Shown: positions 1 through 14,400 of the stretch, in pieces
Layout: each line of letters begins with the position of its first letter
Position numbering within the stretch: position 1 is the stretch's first letter
NCBI GenBank assembly: GCA_051362555.1
Contig: CM120641.1
Span: forward strand, 17,670,001 to 17,734,000
Reading direction: 5' to 3'
DNA: 64,000 nucleotides
Source: Lingula anatina
Taxonomy: Eukaryota; Animalia; Brachiopoda
The notes under the pieces: model-generated
What the model was told of the DNA's origin: nothing
Seen by the model: the letters and a program-made list of their open reading frames with translations, nothing else
Database searches by the model: none
Made by a program: the position numbers and the translations under genes

Positions 1-1945
1 GAAACTATGTTGATATGACGTTGACTATGAAAGTTGAATCAACGTTGAACCATCAAGGTTGAATCAACCTTGAGGTATCAATGTTGAATCAACGTTGACA
101 GTCAACATTGAAACTATGTTGATATGACGTTGACTATGAAAGTTGAATCAATGTTGCACCATCAAGGTTGAATCACCCTTGAACCATCAAGGTTGAATCA
201 ACGTTGAACCATCAAGGTTGAAACAACCTTGAGGTATCAATGCTGAATCAACATTGATACCTCAATGTTGAATCAATGTTGAAATAAAGTTGAATTTGAA
301 AATTGAATTAACGTTGATATATCAATTAGGCTATCAGGATATTTGATTGAAATTTGCCTGATGGCTGAGTTGTTCTCCAAGATATCAAGCATTTCTTGAA
401 ATAAAAAGACTCAGATCTGAAAAGGGGGGGAAATTGGGAAAATTACCTACAAAAAAAGGTAATTTGGGAAGAAAAGGGGGTGGGGTCCAGACCCCGGGAC
501 CGGCCCCTGTATCCACCTATGGGTCGTCAGATTCTTTTTAAACTTTCCAGTTTGATGCTCAGTGTTACGGACCAAAACAGCCCGAACATAAAAAAACACA
601 AACAACAACTAACTTAACTATGAATATAATATATTACAAACAATGAACATACACTACATAAACTAACTACATGTAATACTATCATGTTGCATAAACTTTA
701 ACATTTGTCAAATACAGTTAAATTGTAACAGATTCGTAGACAGTCAAGTTTTGAAGACGCAATGTCACAGTTTTACGAGTCCTTTTCTGTTAAACGTTCC
801 TCCTGATAATGTGGGGTTTTGAAGACGCAATGTCACCGTTTTCCATGTCCTTATCTGTTGAACGATCCTCCTGATAGTGTGGGGTTTTGAAGACGCAATG
901 TCACCGTTTTCCATGTCCTTATCTGTTGAACGATCCTCCTGATAGTGTGGCCTCACAAAGTACTGTTAATAAAGTACAGTTTTTGTACTGTAAAAGTGTT
1001 ACACACTGTCCACACTCACGTGTTGCATCAGTTCATGTTATCCGGAGTCTCGCACTTAATAACAGTCCCGCACTTCATTTACATTATACAAGTATGCAGG
1101 CACATACGGTAATTACTCATAAAAATTAAACAACAAATTAGCTTTACTAAAATAATTATAACGTCACATCAGGTAGTTAAGATTATTTTAAGAATACAAA
1201 AACAAAGGGTCACCAGTCTAATTTTTTTCTCACAGCTAACTTCAATTTCCAGAAAAACAGGCATTTTTGGCTTTTTCAAGCTTTTTCTTCAACCTTGAGT
1301 AAAATTTTGTCAATTTGCCATAAAGTAAGGCTGGTGACCCTATGTTTTTTCTTTTTCTTAAAGACCTGTGGAAAGTTAAAAAAAAAAAAACTGACGACCG
1401 CTTTTTTCACAAAATTAATTTTAATGAAAAAGGGGTAAAACAAGTGTTTTATGAGGGGTAATTACCCCTATGCATACCTCTCTAGTGAGATAATCATTTA
1501 AAACTATTATCAAGGTTATGATTAAGGTAATAAAGTTAAGGTTGGCCCAATGTTGAGATCCAGTTGATATGTCAACATTGACAAAGGGTTTACAAACACA
1601 GGTTGATTCAATGTTGAAATCCTGTTGATCTATCAACATTGAAAACTGATTGACAAAGAAAGGTAAAATCAATGTTGAGACCCTGTTGATCTATCAACAT
1701 TGACAATTGGTTGACAAGAAAAGGTTGATTCAATGTTGAAATCCTGTTGATCTATCAACATTGAAAATTGATTGACAAAGAAAGGTTAAATCAATGTTGA
1801 GACCCTGTTGATCTATCAACATTGACAATTGGATGACAAGAAAAGGTTGATTCAATGTTGAGATCTTGTTGATCTATCAATATTGATGGATCAACATCAT
1901 CTCAACCTATCCTCAATGTTGAATCAACGTTGAGTGCCCGCTGGG
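1..1945. mobile_element. Right-hand part of a non-autonomous DNA transposon with arrays of short subterminal repeats (CACTA/EnSpm-like); left end lies outside the window
   Basis: GTTGAATCAAC/GTTGATCTATCAAC repeat arrays at 1-330 and about 1545-1932, ending in GTGCCCGCTGGG at 1945 (reverse complement CCCAGCGGGCAC, a terminus type seen in animal EnSpm-like elements). The target-site duplication (TSD) cannot be checked. Confidence 0.55.
748..951. repeat. Minisatellite, about 3 copies of a 68-bp unit
   Basis: GAAGACGCAATGTCAC recurs at 753, 821 and 889. Confidence 0.9.
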
Positions 1946-1984
1946 TTAACACTTCAAAGGCTGCTTGAAAGTGTAGTGGATTGT

Positions 1985-2775
1985 TTAATTTATTGAGATG
2001 ATGTCATTGTTTTCACCAGAAAAATGTTACCGAATTGAAAGATGTGCTGGCACGATTGGGAGTCAAGCCTTATAAATGCTGTCTATTTTAGCATTAGGTT
2101 CAATATCATGGCCACATTGTTTCCAAAACAGGCATTCAGACAGATGCATCAAAGATTGAAGTTGTGAATTCATGGCCATGACAAACATTTGTGCAAGATG
2201 CTCTCTCTTTCATAGGATTTGTCAGATAATGCTGCTTTCATTGAAAATTTCAATAGAATAGCTCGCCCATTGCATGAATTTGAAAAATCAAGTCAAAAAA
2301 GTCTAGAAAGTCTCAACAGAATTTTAATTGGTTGCCTGACCACTAAAAACTAATAGATGCTAAACCACTCATCTTAGCATTTGCAGATTTCTCTAAAACG
2401 TTTGCATTGCCAGTTGATGTCAGCAGAATTGGTCTGGGACCAGTACTACAACAGAAGCAGGAGGGTCAAGATAGGGCAATTGCATATGCATGCAGATCGA
2501 GGGCTTCAACAAGCAGAAAATAATTATTCAATTCACAAATTAGGATTTTTAGCTTATAAATGGGCAGTTACAGAGAATTAAATCCTGATTACTTATATGG
2601 AAATTCTTTTACAATTACAACAATCTTTTACAACAACCCATTAACACATATATATTGACATCTTCAAAGTTGGATTCAGTAGGTCAACATTGGGTTGCAG
2701 AGCTGTCAAATTATAATTTCAATATTGTTTATGTTTCAGGCAACTCCAATGTTGAATCAGATTCTCTATATCGCA
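1985..2775 (+). mobile_element. Degenerate Ty3/Gypsy LTR-retrotransposon pol fragment (RT-RNase H), frameshifted
   Basis: Interrupted peptides resembling YxDDVIVF, FIENFNRIARPLH, ILAFADFSKTF, GLGPVLQQKQEGQDRAIAYA, ENNYSIHKLGFLAYKWAVTE and WVAELSNYNFNIVY, with many stops and frameshifts. Confidence 0.85.
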
Positions 2776-2817
2776 TTAGGTGACAGCAGAAAATTGCATC
2801 TGATAGTTGCAATGCTA

Positions 2818-2990
2818 TTTACCTCCGCCAAGGAGGTTATGTTTTCACCCCTGTTTGTTTGTTTGTTTGTTTGTCTGTTTGTCTGTTTGTCTGTCATCAA
2901 CAAAACTCAAAAAGTTATGGACCAATTTTTCAGGAACTGTCAGAAGTGGGCCAAGGAACAGATGATTAGTTTTTGGTGGTGATCCAGATT
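2818..2990. mobile_element. Fragment of a non-autonomous repeat with a GTTT/GTCT microsatellite (Helentron/HINE-like)
   Basis: Begins TTTACCTCCGCCAAGGAGGTTATG (short hairpin) followed by a (GTTT/GTCT)n tract, the typical head of this repeat class. Confidence 0.55.
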
Positions 2991-3329
2991 AATGATCAAT
3001 CAATAGTCAATAATTTCTGGTTTGGTCCTAGCTTTGTAACATAATTTCTGATTATGAAGAACAACATGACACAGGGTATATTTCAAAATAACAGATGTGG
3101 AGGTGATTTTATACTCTATCTTTTATATGAAGAGACAGTGTATACAATTGAAAACTGAGACATTATCAATATCCAGTAAGTCATACTTAAATTATGGAAT
3201 AAACACAAAGCAATACAACCAAGTTAATTTTGAAATTCTTCCTCAGTAGGCCCTGTAACTCACTATAGTTTCCTTATGGAACATGCTACTTTCATGTACT
3301 GCTTGAGAGACTCTTGGGCATAATGACGA

Positions 3330-3375
3330 AAGGACGTGAAATGCGGCATCTTCCTTTGAAGCTATGTGCATTCAG
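3330..3375 (+). promoter_or_regulatory. Possible promoter and non-coding first exon of the ACSL gene
   Basis: Locally CpG-containing stretch followed by a donor CAG|GTAAAC at 3376; an acceptor TTCCAG at 4538 precedes the first coding exon. Inference only. Confidence 0.3.
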
Positions 3376-3739
3376 GTAAACATTCGCCCATTGTCTCAGA
3401 TAAGCTGTTTTGATAGCTCCACAGGAGCCTGAACAGCTTAATTATTATCAAGGAAGGGCGCGCTATGCCTCAGTGAATTTATTTTGTTCTATTGCATGGA
3501 TAACGCAATTTCTCGTGGTCCCTCGTGGTTGCTATGATACAGCATTGCTGCCATCTTGCAGTTTTGAGCACATAGGCTTGCGTCAACATGTGGAAATTTG
3601 TTTCGGGTTTTCATGATCTTTTTCCTGTTACCTCATTAAAACGGGTTCTGGCGTTTGTCTTTACTTGTTAGCATTTCAAAGATTGTATTGATCTATGTTG
3701 AACTGATATACTGTATACCTGGTTTTAAAGCAATATATC

Positions 3740-4195
3740 GGCCGATTCATGTGTGGTGTCATTTTCCAATGAGAGCTGATATTGAGAGTAAAGAAATTAT
3801 CAATTAGCATCCACAAATTCGAGCAGACAATAGCCGGTAAAATGATCATATATATATACGTACAGTTCACAGTAGTGTTGATGTCAACTTTGATAAAAGG
3901 ATATTGAAAGCATCCCGCGCGCATTTTTGTGTGTCACGAATGCATTTGTTCTGCCATATTGCAACGAGAACCGATATTGAGGGTAAAAAAATACTAATTA
4001 GCATCCCCAAATTTGAGAAGACATTAGCTGGTAAAATGAATTTGTATATATAGTTCACAAAAGTGTTGATGTCAACTTTGATAAAGGAATAGTGAAAGGC
4101 ATTATGGGTGCGTTTTTGTGTGTCACAAATGCATGTGTAGTGCCATATTGCAACGAGAGTAAGAAAATTAATTATCATCCCAAAAATCGCGCATA
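3740..4195. repeat. Diverged tandem repeat, unit about 185-190 bp, 2-3 copies
   Basis: GATGTCAACTTTGATAAA and TGCCATATTGCAACGAGA each recur at about 185-190 bp spacing. Confidence 0.75.
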
Positions 4196-4609
4196 TTTTA
4201 GCAAATTTCGACTATAGATATATTTTCCTATCGGATCATAGCTAAAAACAAGTATGCTTCAATGCAATTATACAATTTTGAATGCTCATTTTACGGCAAC
4301 AAACAAGATTGCCTTTACCACATAGGGCATTTTGAATTCCTCCATGAACAAACATATCAAATTCTCATATAGCTTCCAAATTGATAGAACAAATTGTACT
4401 TATACTTTAAGTCTATAAGTTTATTGTCTCATCCACCCGAATGTTTGCCTCACATTACTCTTTGTATTATGCAATTGTTGGTGACATGTTTTGTCAGGCT
4501 AAATATACTCTCTCCAGTAATACTGTCCTACATTCCAGGCTGATGTCTCTTCCAACCTGTTTGATGTTAAAGCTGAGATGAATGGTCAAATTTAAATGCT
4601 TCACTGCTC

Positions 4610-6684
4610 ATGTGTAATAAACCTGCCCTTCAGAGGTATCAAAATTTAGGTCAACTGAGGGCTGTGGCTTGTGGGACAGCAGTTGTGTTGGTCTTGTGTA
4701 GGTTTCATTCCATCACTGCAGTATTTAGGAAGTGGTTTCTTGGTAAAATGGGAGCACAACAATCTCAAAGTTCAGAGCAGAAGTATAGAGTACATGTAGA
4801 TGGAGAGGAGGGCACTGAGTTCTCTCCCACTAATCAGTCTGTCCAGCTTGAGGTAAGACCTGTTCTGTAATATACAATATATACATGCATATTGTGACCA
4901 CATAGTAGCCTGACACCTGAAAGATTCACTGTGAGTGTAAATGCCAGTCTCTTTTTTATCTATATGTCACTCTCCTTATACCAAATTATTGAATTCTGAC
5001 CATTATACATACCCCTCATCCAGTAGCATTAAACTGTACAGTACTTACCATAAATAACTTTGCATGGACAAATTTCCACAATGTAAGTTTTAAGGTCAGA
5101 ATTTAGAATTTAATTATTGATAAGTATGACATTTTAGCTAAAAAGATCAACATTTCATATCTGACAGTACATCTGTTTCCCTTAATAATTTATTCAGCTT
5201 CTTGATTCAGGATGGAATCCGTGGTTCTTATTTGGCAGAGCCTGGGAAATACACAGAATACTTGTATGAAGATGCGAAGACCCTAAATGAGGGCTTTTTG
5301 AGGGGAATGAAAGTGTCAGGTAATCCATTTTTTTCATGTTTGGCTTATTGAAACTATATATACTTTCAGGAACTTTACACTGAATTTATATACTATAGCT
5401 CTAATTTTTCTTCACTTTTTACCATTGGTGACTTGTGTTGACTTAATGTCTCAAAGTAAGGTAAATAATTTGAATTTTCAAACACCATATACTTATTCTT
5501 ATCTTGGTCTTCCAAGATTTATCATTTTTAATCATGCATAGAAATAACATTTGATTTTATAAAAGTCTTACTGTTGTGCTTTTGCAAACTTTGTATGCAT
5601 CACTAATAAAACATTGCTTTTTGGAATTAACTAATTTTGTTCAAAACTTTATAAGCAATCTGTTTTACTGCCTTTGAAGGTACTAGTAACATTTTGAAAT
5701 GACTCAATTTCCTATTTGTGCAACCACAACATTCTTATGCTAATTGAAATGTATTCTGATTTTCAATTAGAGGGATAATAACTATTCACTGAACTTTCCT
5801 GGAGTAAACAACAATTTTCCCATACTTACCAATGGTTAATGAATCCATTTTTACATTCAAAGTTAGTCCCTGTTTTTTTTTTTGTTTTTTTTTAAGTTTG
5901 TTTTTTTGTTATAATCTCTTAAGAGACTATAACAGAGTATATAGCCATCAATGGAGGTCACATGGTCTAAAGACAAGCTCAGATATCAGAATAATAGCTG
6001 TAACTGCTGTTTTTTTGGTACAACAGAATATATTATACCGGTATTTCTGTGAGTTGTTCACAATTTTTTTTATTGTGAAATATATATCTTGTACTAAGAG
6101 TTATTATTCCTTTAAAGGAATAACAACTCTTCATATTAGGTCTATATTTCACTATAAATACATCTAATTATCTAATTATTCAGATAATCTTTCTTTCTCT
6201 CTTTCATGTGTTGAATTTAGATTTACAATTGCCTTTAGTTAGTAATTTGGTCTGGATAAAGGAAATCAAAGGTGATCATGAAAGTCCCTTTGAAAAATTG
6301 CTCCTGTCATTAAAAACTTTTGTCTTTTATAACCTTAAAACTAGCACTGTGGCATTCTGATCTTTATAATATTTAATTATCCTTGCAGTGCACTTTGATA
6401 TCTGTATGAAGGTCAATGACAATGCATACATACATATTTAAAGATGCTTATCAAGAAATAGGCCTTGTCATTCTTTGGTCAAATTTTTGCCATGTAACCC
6501 GACCCAGTGCTGCCATATAGTTTTAAATAGCTTAACTTTACCACTACCACCACCACATGTTATTTCCCTGATATTTGCATGGGTATTTTCTACTTATCTT
6601 GCCTTACATACTGGAGGGAGAATATGTAGGTCAAACTTAGACTGGAAATTGGAAGAAGGCCCAATTTAAATCCTTTTCTGAGAG

Positions 6685-6727
<43 letters not shown>

Positions 6728-9700
6728 TTGTGTTGTGTGAGAAAGTAGCACTATTTAATTTTAGGTGTTACAGCTAGGCATTTTCCCCCACTTCATGTGC
6801 AAAGCTAACAGGATGCTATCATGCAGGCACTCCAAAAGGGACGCTTCAAGGGATTGTTATGACCACAACCTTTTATATATATTTTTCCCAATCTGTTTAT
6901 TTTCTAGAGAATGGACCTTGTCTTGGCACCAGAACTGGCCCCAACAAGACTTATGAGTGGATGAGCTATGGTGAAGTATATGAGAGAGCAAAGAACTTTG
7001 GGTGTGGACTGATCACCAAGGGAATGAAACCATGCACAGAAAGCTTTCTAGGAATATACTCACAGAACATTCCAGAGGTAGACAACTTTTGTGTTACAGA
7101 GCAAGAAACATTGCAATTACATTAATTAATGTCAAACTAAAGTTTACTGAATGGTATTATATAACTCTTGCTTATTTAGAGCTTGAATGTTTTCATCGTT
7201 GACATGCCCCACTGTTGATGATGGACACGGTTTTTAAACAGCACACTGGAAAATTACATTACTTCAATTAATGCTTAAGAAATTTGATTGGCTAGCTTAT
7301 GAAGATGTCCCCAGCAAAACAACCAAAAACATGACAATAGCCAGGGACATATCTTGGAACATTGGCTCATTGATATCTCAACATTTTAGTCTTCATTAAA
7401 GGACAAGAGCTGGTCTTATTGCCGTAAGTGTCAGCAATGCATCAAGTTTGAATTGTCTGTAATTCAATATTATTGTTGATGTTCCAGTGGGTGATTGCAG
7501 AGCAGGCATGTAACATGTTCTCAATGGTGACTGTTCCACTGTACGATACACTTGGAATGGAGGCATGCATTTTTATCATTAACCAAAGTAAGAAATTGTC
7601 ATAGTTTAACATTAATTTTTCATTGGGATTCAACAAAATAAGAAATGTAAATAAAGACTGGTCCTTAAATCATCTGGACCAATCTGACCTTTATGAGGTC
7701 TATGGAAACTGATGAAGCTTACTTTAAGGTTATATAACATGTCAGCCAAAACCAGGCTAAAATGAATTCATATAAAACTACTGATATTATCATATTATAT
7801 TGTGGACATTATTTGCCTACAGAAAAAGTATAGTAATTAACAATTTTCTGATGATGTCATATTTGGGGATGATTTAGGGGTGAAAGTGTTCTTTTTTGGG
7901 GGATGCTCTCTACTGCATGTACCTATTTCAGTAAAAATACCAACATCTACATGTAACAGGAGCTGTGCATTAGTACTATCAGATGGCTATTCCAATTTTC
8001 TGATAATGACTCAATTTTATTGAATCTTTGTAAACAAGACTGAATAACATCCACTTTAAACATGTTGTCAAAAATGTATGACACTTGATTGTTTCTCAGA
8101 CCTTTATCAACAACAACACCAATTTTGGCTTTTTATGTACAGACACAGATGTGTCTGTACATATAGCCATCATCTGCGTCTGTCGTCGCCGTCGCCGTCG
8201 TCGCCGTCGCAGTGCACTTTTACCGATAACACGATAAGTGGAAAACTGTTTTTTCTTTTGGCTTGAAACTTACAGAACTGATGAATATTCATAATACGCA
8301 GGTCAAGTTCGAAAATCAGCATGATCGGGTCACTAATAGGGAATTTATGCTGTTTTTTTCACTTTTTTCAGCATATATGCAGCACCGATAACACGATAAG
8401 TGGAAAACCGTTTTACCTTTTGGCTTGAAACTTACAGAACTGATGAATATTCATAATACGCAGGTCAAGTTCGAAAATCAGCATGATCGGGTCACTAATA
8501 GGGAATTTATGCTGTTTTTTCACTTTTTTCAGCATATATGCAGCACCGATAACACGATAAGTGGAAAACCATTTTACCTTTTGGCTTGAAACTTACAGAA
8601 CTGGTGAATATTCATAATACGCAGGTCAAGTTCGAAAATCAGCATGATCGGGTCATTTTTAGTGAATTTAGGCTATTTTTTCTCTTTTTTCAGCATATGT
8701 GCAGCACCAATAACACCATAAATGGAAAACCATTTTACCTTTTGGCTTGAAACTTACAGAACTGATGAATATTCATAATACGCAGGTCAAGTTCAAAAAT
8801 CAGCATGATCGGGCCATTTTTAGGGAAGTTATGCTGTTTTTTCACTTCTTTCAACATATATGCAACGCTAATAACACAATATAAGTAAAACAGATAGGCC
8901 AATTGTCATTATACTCACAGGAGTAGTCAAACTAACTCAAACGCAGGTTGAGTTCCAAAATCAGCATAATCTGGCCATTCTTTTAGAAGTAACAGTTATG
9001 CTATTTTTTCGCATTTCCTCAGATTCAATTGTTAGGCATGTTAACAGTCTCATTATTGAACTAATAAGATACGTAAAAGTGTTTGTTTGACATTTCCTGC
9101 ATCTTAATAACATTGTTAGTTGATTATGTAAAAATGATGGTAAACTTGTTATTGTGTATTATGTTATAAAGTGTCAAAAATGGAAATAAACAAATATCAT
9201 TGCAGTTTGTCAGATTCAATCATCTACTATATTCATTATCTCAGAATGGAGGAAATTGGACATTTAACACTGTTCTATTGATATTTTCCCCATCTCATCA
9301 ATTTTCTTAGTTGATCATATACAAATGGTAGAAAACTGTTTATTTTGTTTTATGTTAAAAAAGTGTTTTAAAAATGGAAGTAAACCCATTGCAGAACAGT
9401 GCTGTCTTGTTTCAGCATATATGCAGCACCGATAACACGATAAGTGGAAAACCATTTTACCTTTTCCCTTGAAACTTACAAAACTGATGAATATTCATAA
9501 TACGCAGGTCAAGTTCGAAAATCAGCATGATCGGGTAATTTTTAGGGAAGTTATGCTGTTTTTCACTTTTTCCACCATATATGCAACACTGATAACATGA
9601 TAAGTGAAAAATCATTTTACCTTTTGGCTTGAAACTTGCAGAACTAATGAATATTCATATTACGCAGGTCAAGTTCGAAAATCAGCATGATCGGGTCATT

Positions 9701-11456
9701 TTTAGGGTAGTTATGCTGTTTTTCACTTTTTTCAACATATATGCAGCACCGATAACATGATAAGTGGAAAACCATTTTACCTTTTGGTTTCAAACTTACA
9801 GAACTAATGAATATTCATAATATGCAGGTCAAGTTTGAAAATCAGTATGATTGGGTCATTTTTAGGGAAGTTATGCTGTTTTTCACTTTTTTCAGCATAT
9901 ATGCAACACTGATAACATGATAAGTGGAAAACCATTTTACCTTTTGGTTTGAAACTTGCAGAACTAATGAATATTCATAATACGCAGGTCAAGTTTGAAA
10001 ATCAGCATGATCGGGTCATTTTTAGGGAAGTAATGCTGTTTTTTCACTTTTTTCAGCATGTATGCAACACCTTTGTGCTATATGATGGTACTGTATGGAT
10101 GGCAGTCTATAAAATTGTCCCTTGGGTGATCACTAATTAAATTAAGGTCTATACAGTCACTTGCCTACTCATTAATTTTCAATTGGCCATTAAATGAGAT
10201 TACATAAAAGACTCCTTGAGATTTCCCTGTAAAGTCCCATAGGTTTAGCTCTCTTAACTGTGTCACAAAATTAGGATTTGGTGATAATTGTGCAGATAAA
10301 TGGTGTTTAACATTGCAAATAAATTTACAACAAAAAGAATGTGTTATGCCAACATGCTATAGATGAATAACAGTGCTTTATTTTTCTCAAACTTGGTGGG
10401 GTTATTAATATCAAGTTAATACAGCTAGATTAAAAGTTTGAATAGCAGCTTTATTGGAATTTTTTTTTACGTTTTATTTAAAAAATTTTTTAAATTATTT
10501 TTCAAACACTAGCATCTTCAAGATGTGATTTTTTACTCCCATCCACCAGAAGTGCTGTGCATTTTCTGTATTTTTGTATATAATTGTTATTTCTTCAGAT
10601 TTAATTCTTAGGCATGTTAACAGTCTCATTATGGAACTAATAAGATATGTAAAAGTGTTGTTTTGACATTTTATGCTTCTTAACAATATTGTTTGTTGAT
10701 TATATAAAAATGACAGTAAACCTGTTATAATATTGTGCATTGTGTAATAAAGTATCATAAATGGAAAGGAACTCATCATTGCAGTTTGTCAGATTTAATC
10801 ATTCACTATGTTCAGCATCTGCAAATGGAGCAAATTGGACATTGAAAATTGTTCTATTGATATTTTTCCTATGTCAACAATTTTCCTAGTTGAACATTTA
10901 AAAATGACAGTTTATTGATCATTTTGTTTTAAAAAAGGTGTTGAAAATGGAAAGAAAATCATTTCAGTACAGTTATCTCTTGTTTACATTTTGGCATTTT
11001 GAAAGTGTGACTCTGAACTTCCATGGCCTTGAAGACCTTCCCAAATCACATTTTCTGAATATTCATGATACTTTTATTTTTTTATAAAAAATTATATGGT
11101 CATTATGCTGTTAAGTATTATGTTTTATTGCATGAAAGTTGAAGAAAACCCTATTTTGGACACTGCTGCCAGGAAAGCGATTAAGGGAAAACCATGGTAC
11201 TTACGATACTGAAACTTACTGAAAAGTTTCATAAGACAGAAGTGCAGCTTGTGTTTGAAAACCAGTGTGATTGTTTTCTGTTTTGGAGGCAATGCAGGTT
11301 TATAGAGTGCTATACTGGCATTTTCAAGTTGTGACTTATCACTCCCATCTGCCAGGAGCCCTGTACTCTTACTTTGTAACATTTTCTGTATTTTGTTAAG
11401 TTACAAGAATGATTCTTAGGATTGACATACAGCCAAAAAAAAAAAATAAAAATAAA

Positions 11457-11487
<31 letters not shown>

Positions 11488-14400
11488 TAATAATAATTGT
11501 TATATATATATAGATATATATAGATATATATATATATTTTTTTTTTTTTTGAGTTTAAGCAATTTTTTTTTTTGTGTGTGTGTGTAATTTTCACTGTACC
11601 TCATTCTGGCATTTCCAAAGTTTAACTCTTATCAGCCTGACACCTTAGGGACTATTTCCAGGCCCTATCACGCTAACTGTGGATTGATCTATCTCCATGG
11701 GAATTCTCGCTAAATTGCAATCAATGTAAGTGGCTTAGTTGTCTGTCACGCCTACTGAAACTGGCATGCCAGAATCCTAAGACTCTCAAACTGAAAGCAA
11801 TTTAGTGAGAAACCCCTTGGAGTTGGATTGATCCTGTAAGATTGATCTAGGTATGGGAACTTAGTCTAATGCTTGATACACATTTTACTTTCATCCTAAT
11901 CCAATGTTATGCAGAATAAGAATTTGATGTTGGCTATGCAGTTACAGTAAGCATAATACATTAGTTCATCAGAATTGACAGTATCCTATTTCCTGCGTTT
12001 TTATTTTCTGGTTTTTGTCTGTACATTTGACAGCTTTGCTGCCTTGTTTTATAAAGTTTTCCTCTGAAACGAACGCTATCTACACCCAATTAAGATACTT
12101 GAGTTATAGTCCAAAAATGCTTCCATGTACTTTTACAGGTGTCCTTGGCACCTAAACTAACACAGTCATACCTGTTATCATCATGTTGATCAGCATTTAT
12201 GCCTTGGTATATGTTGATGTGACAGATTGATAAAGAAGAACATATAAGAAAAATAATCAAATTAGGTGATATAAAATTACATTTTAGATTTTAGGCTATA
12301 TGATCTTAACTGTAATTGTTCTAGAATAACGGGTCCGGAGTTATTTGACACCACAGGTTGCATACTGTACCATGTGAATATCTAAATCAGTGCTATTTGT
12401 TCATGCACAATGTGATGTCTCTTTAATTTTTGTCTCATTTTAATTCCAGCTGAGATGACTACTGTTGTATGTGATAAAGTGGAGAAAGTGACCTCTCTGC
12501 TGGAACATGCTGAACAAATACCAACATTACGCCACATTGTCTATGTTTCTGATGTGACAGAAGATTTGACAGCACAAGCAGCTAAATACAGCATAGAGCT
12601 GATTGCTTTTAAAGAACTAGAGGTATAATTTATTTTATGAATAATCAGATTTCTATGTAAAATCTGTCTTGAGTCAATGATGCATAATCCTCAATAAATT
12701 CTGTTTTGAGTAAGTGTATTGTTCTGTTATTTTATTATGAATAGATACTGAATTTTTTCAATTCACTCTTAATTTTTGCTAATTGACATGATTTGTGTGT
12801 TTTTTCAGGTTCTTGGGCTAAATAATTTACAAGATCCTGTGGTAAGAATAATAGCATCTTAACTTAGATCGCATTCACAACGAGTTGAGCCAGGCTTTAC
12901 AAATCATGGAACTAAATATGGCGGACGTACATGAAAGAAAAACCGCCTAATCTTTTAATAGTCTCTCCTGCTTTCACACGCCTCCCCACACGTCGTCCCT
13001 GCGGGGTACAGTCATTAAATCTCGGCTCCGTTTGCCATGCGGAAGCTACCTGAGAAATATTAAGTGCGCATGCTCATTGGTCTTGGGTCAGCTGATCAGC
13101 TGGGTAGGCCTTTCTCCATGAATATCTCTGGTGACATTATCTCCATAGATAGCAGATTCATTGCTGCTCTACGGGCCAATTAATTTCTTTTTCGTCTCTG
13201 TTTTGAAAGATAATAGAACAGAAGAGCTTTTTTCCTTCGATCGCCTCCAGCCGCCATGCTTTCTTCACCTCGAGTTTAATTGATGAGCATGCGCACTTAA
13301 TATTTCTCAGGTAGCTTCCGCATGGTGAACGGAGCCGAGATTTAATGACTGTACCCCGCAGGGATGATGTATGGGGAGGCATGTGAGAGGCGGAGAGACT
13401 ATTAAAAGATAAGGCGGTTTTTCTTTCATGTATGTCCGCCATATTTAGTTCCAGGATTTGTAAAGCCTGGCTCAACTTGTTGTGAATGCGATCTTATTAA
13501 TGCTGCAGTTGACTACAGTTGAAAGTTGTTTTGAGAGAGTCAATAATTAATTCAGTAAAAGAAGCAACTTCCTAAAAATACACAATCATTATGTTAAATA
13601 TATATACTGAAACAAAATAGAAATGCATAAAGAAAAAAAAAGGTTTATTCTTATGTAATTTTCTATAATGTATGATCAACAAAAACAGCATATATTCCTT
13701 AACAACTAAGCTTTAAAATTGTGGGCTTTACAGTCAATTTGAAATCAATAATCCCAGAGCAATGGCATCAATAGCACAGAGGGGGGTCAATGGTCTGAGT
13801 TTACAAAGGTCAGTAAACCAAGTGTGCCCTACCGGGTGGAAATGCCCAAACTGGGTGTATACTCACTGGGAATGACCAAATGAACCTGAACCAGTTGATT
13901 CAAACAAAGTAAACCAATCCAATCACAAAAAAATAATAAGACATAAATTTGAGCACATTTCTTGAAAGTTGGTATATTTTCATTCAAAATTTGGATTCAT
14001 GCATTTATATTTTGGTTCAGTATACATTTAATAACAAAATAGATATAAACTGCATATTTGCATTTATGATTTTGTAGCCTCCAAGCCCATCTGATCTAGC
14101 AACAATCTGTTTCACAAGTGGCACAACAGGTTTGATATATTTTGCATTGCATGAACATATGGCAAGTGTGTGCATGTGAGTGTGTGCAATTATGATCTTT
14201 GGCAGAGATGTTTTCGAAAATTTTTAGTATGAAATTCTCTTTCCCTCTTTTACTTTCTCTAATATTTTCACTGCAATAAATACTTTATATTTATTTCTAA
14301 GATCTCATGTTTTCAGGAACCCCCAAAGGCGTCATGTTGAGTCATGGAAATATTATTGCAAATGTTGCAGCTGTGTGTAAGGCGGTGAGTTTAATTGGTG

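Noticed and set aside
1-330. Short palindromic repeat array resembling a CRISPR array
   Set aside because: No unique spacers and no cas genes; the context is eukaryotic and the array matches subterminal repeats of a DNA transposon.
13158-13475. 105-aa minus-strand ORF
   Set aside because: Lies within a MITE arm and has no transposase motifs.
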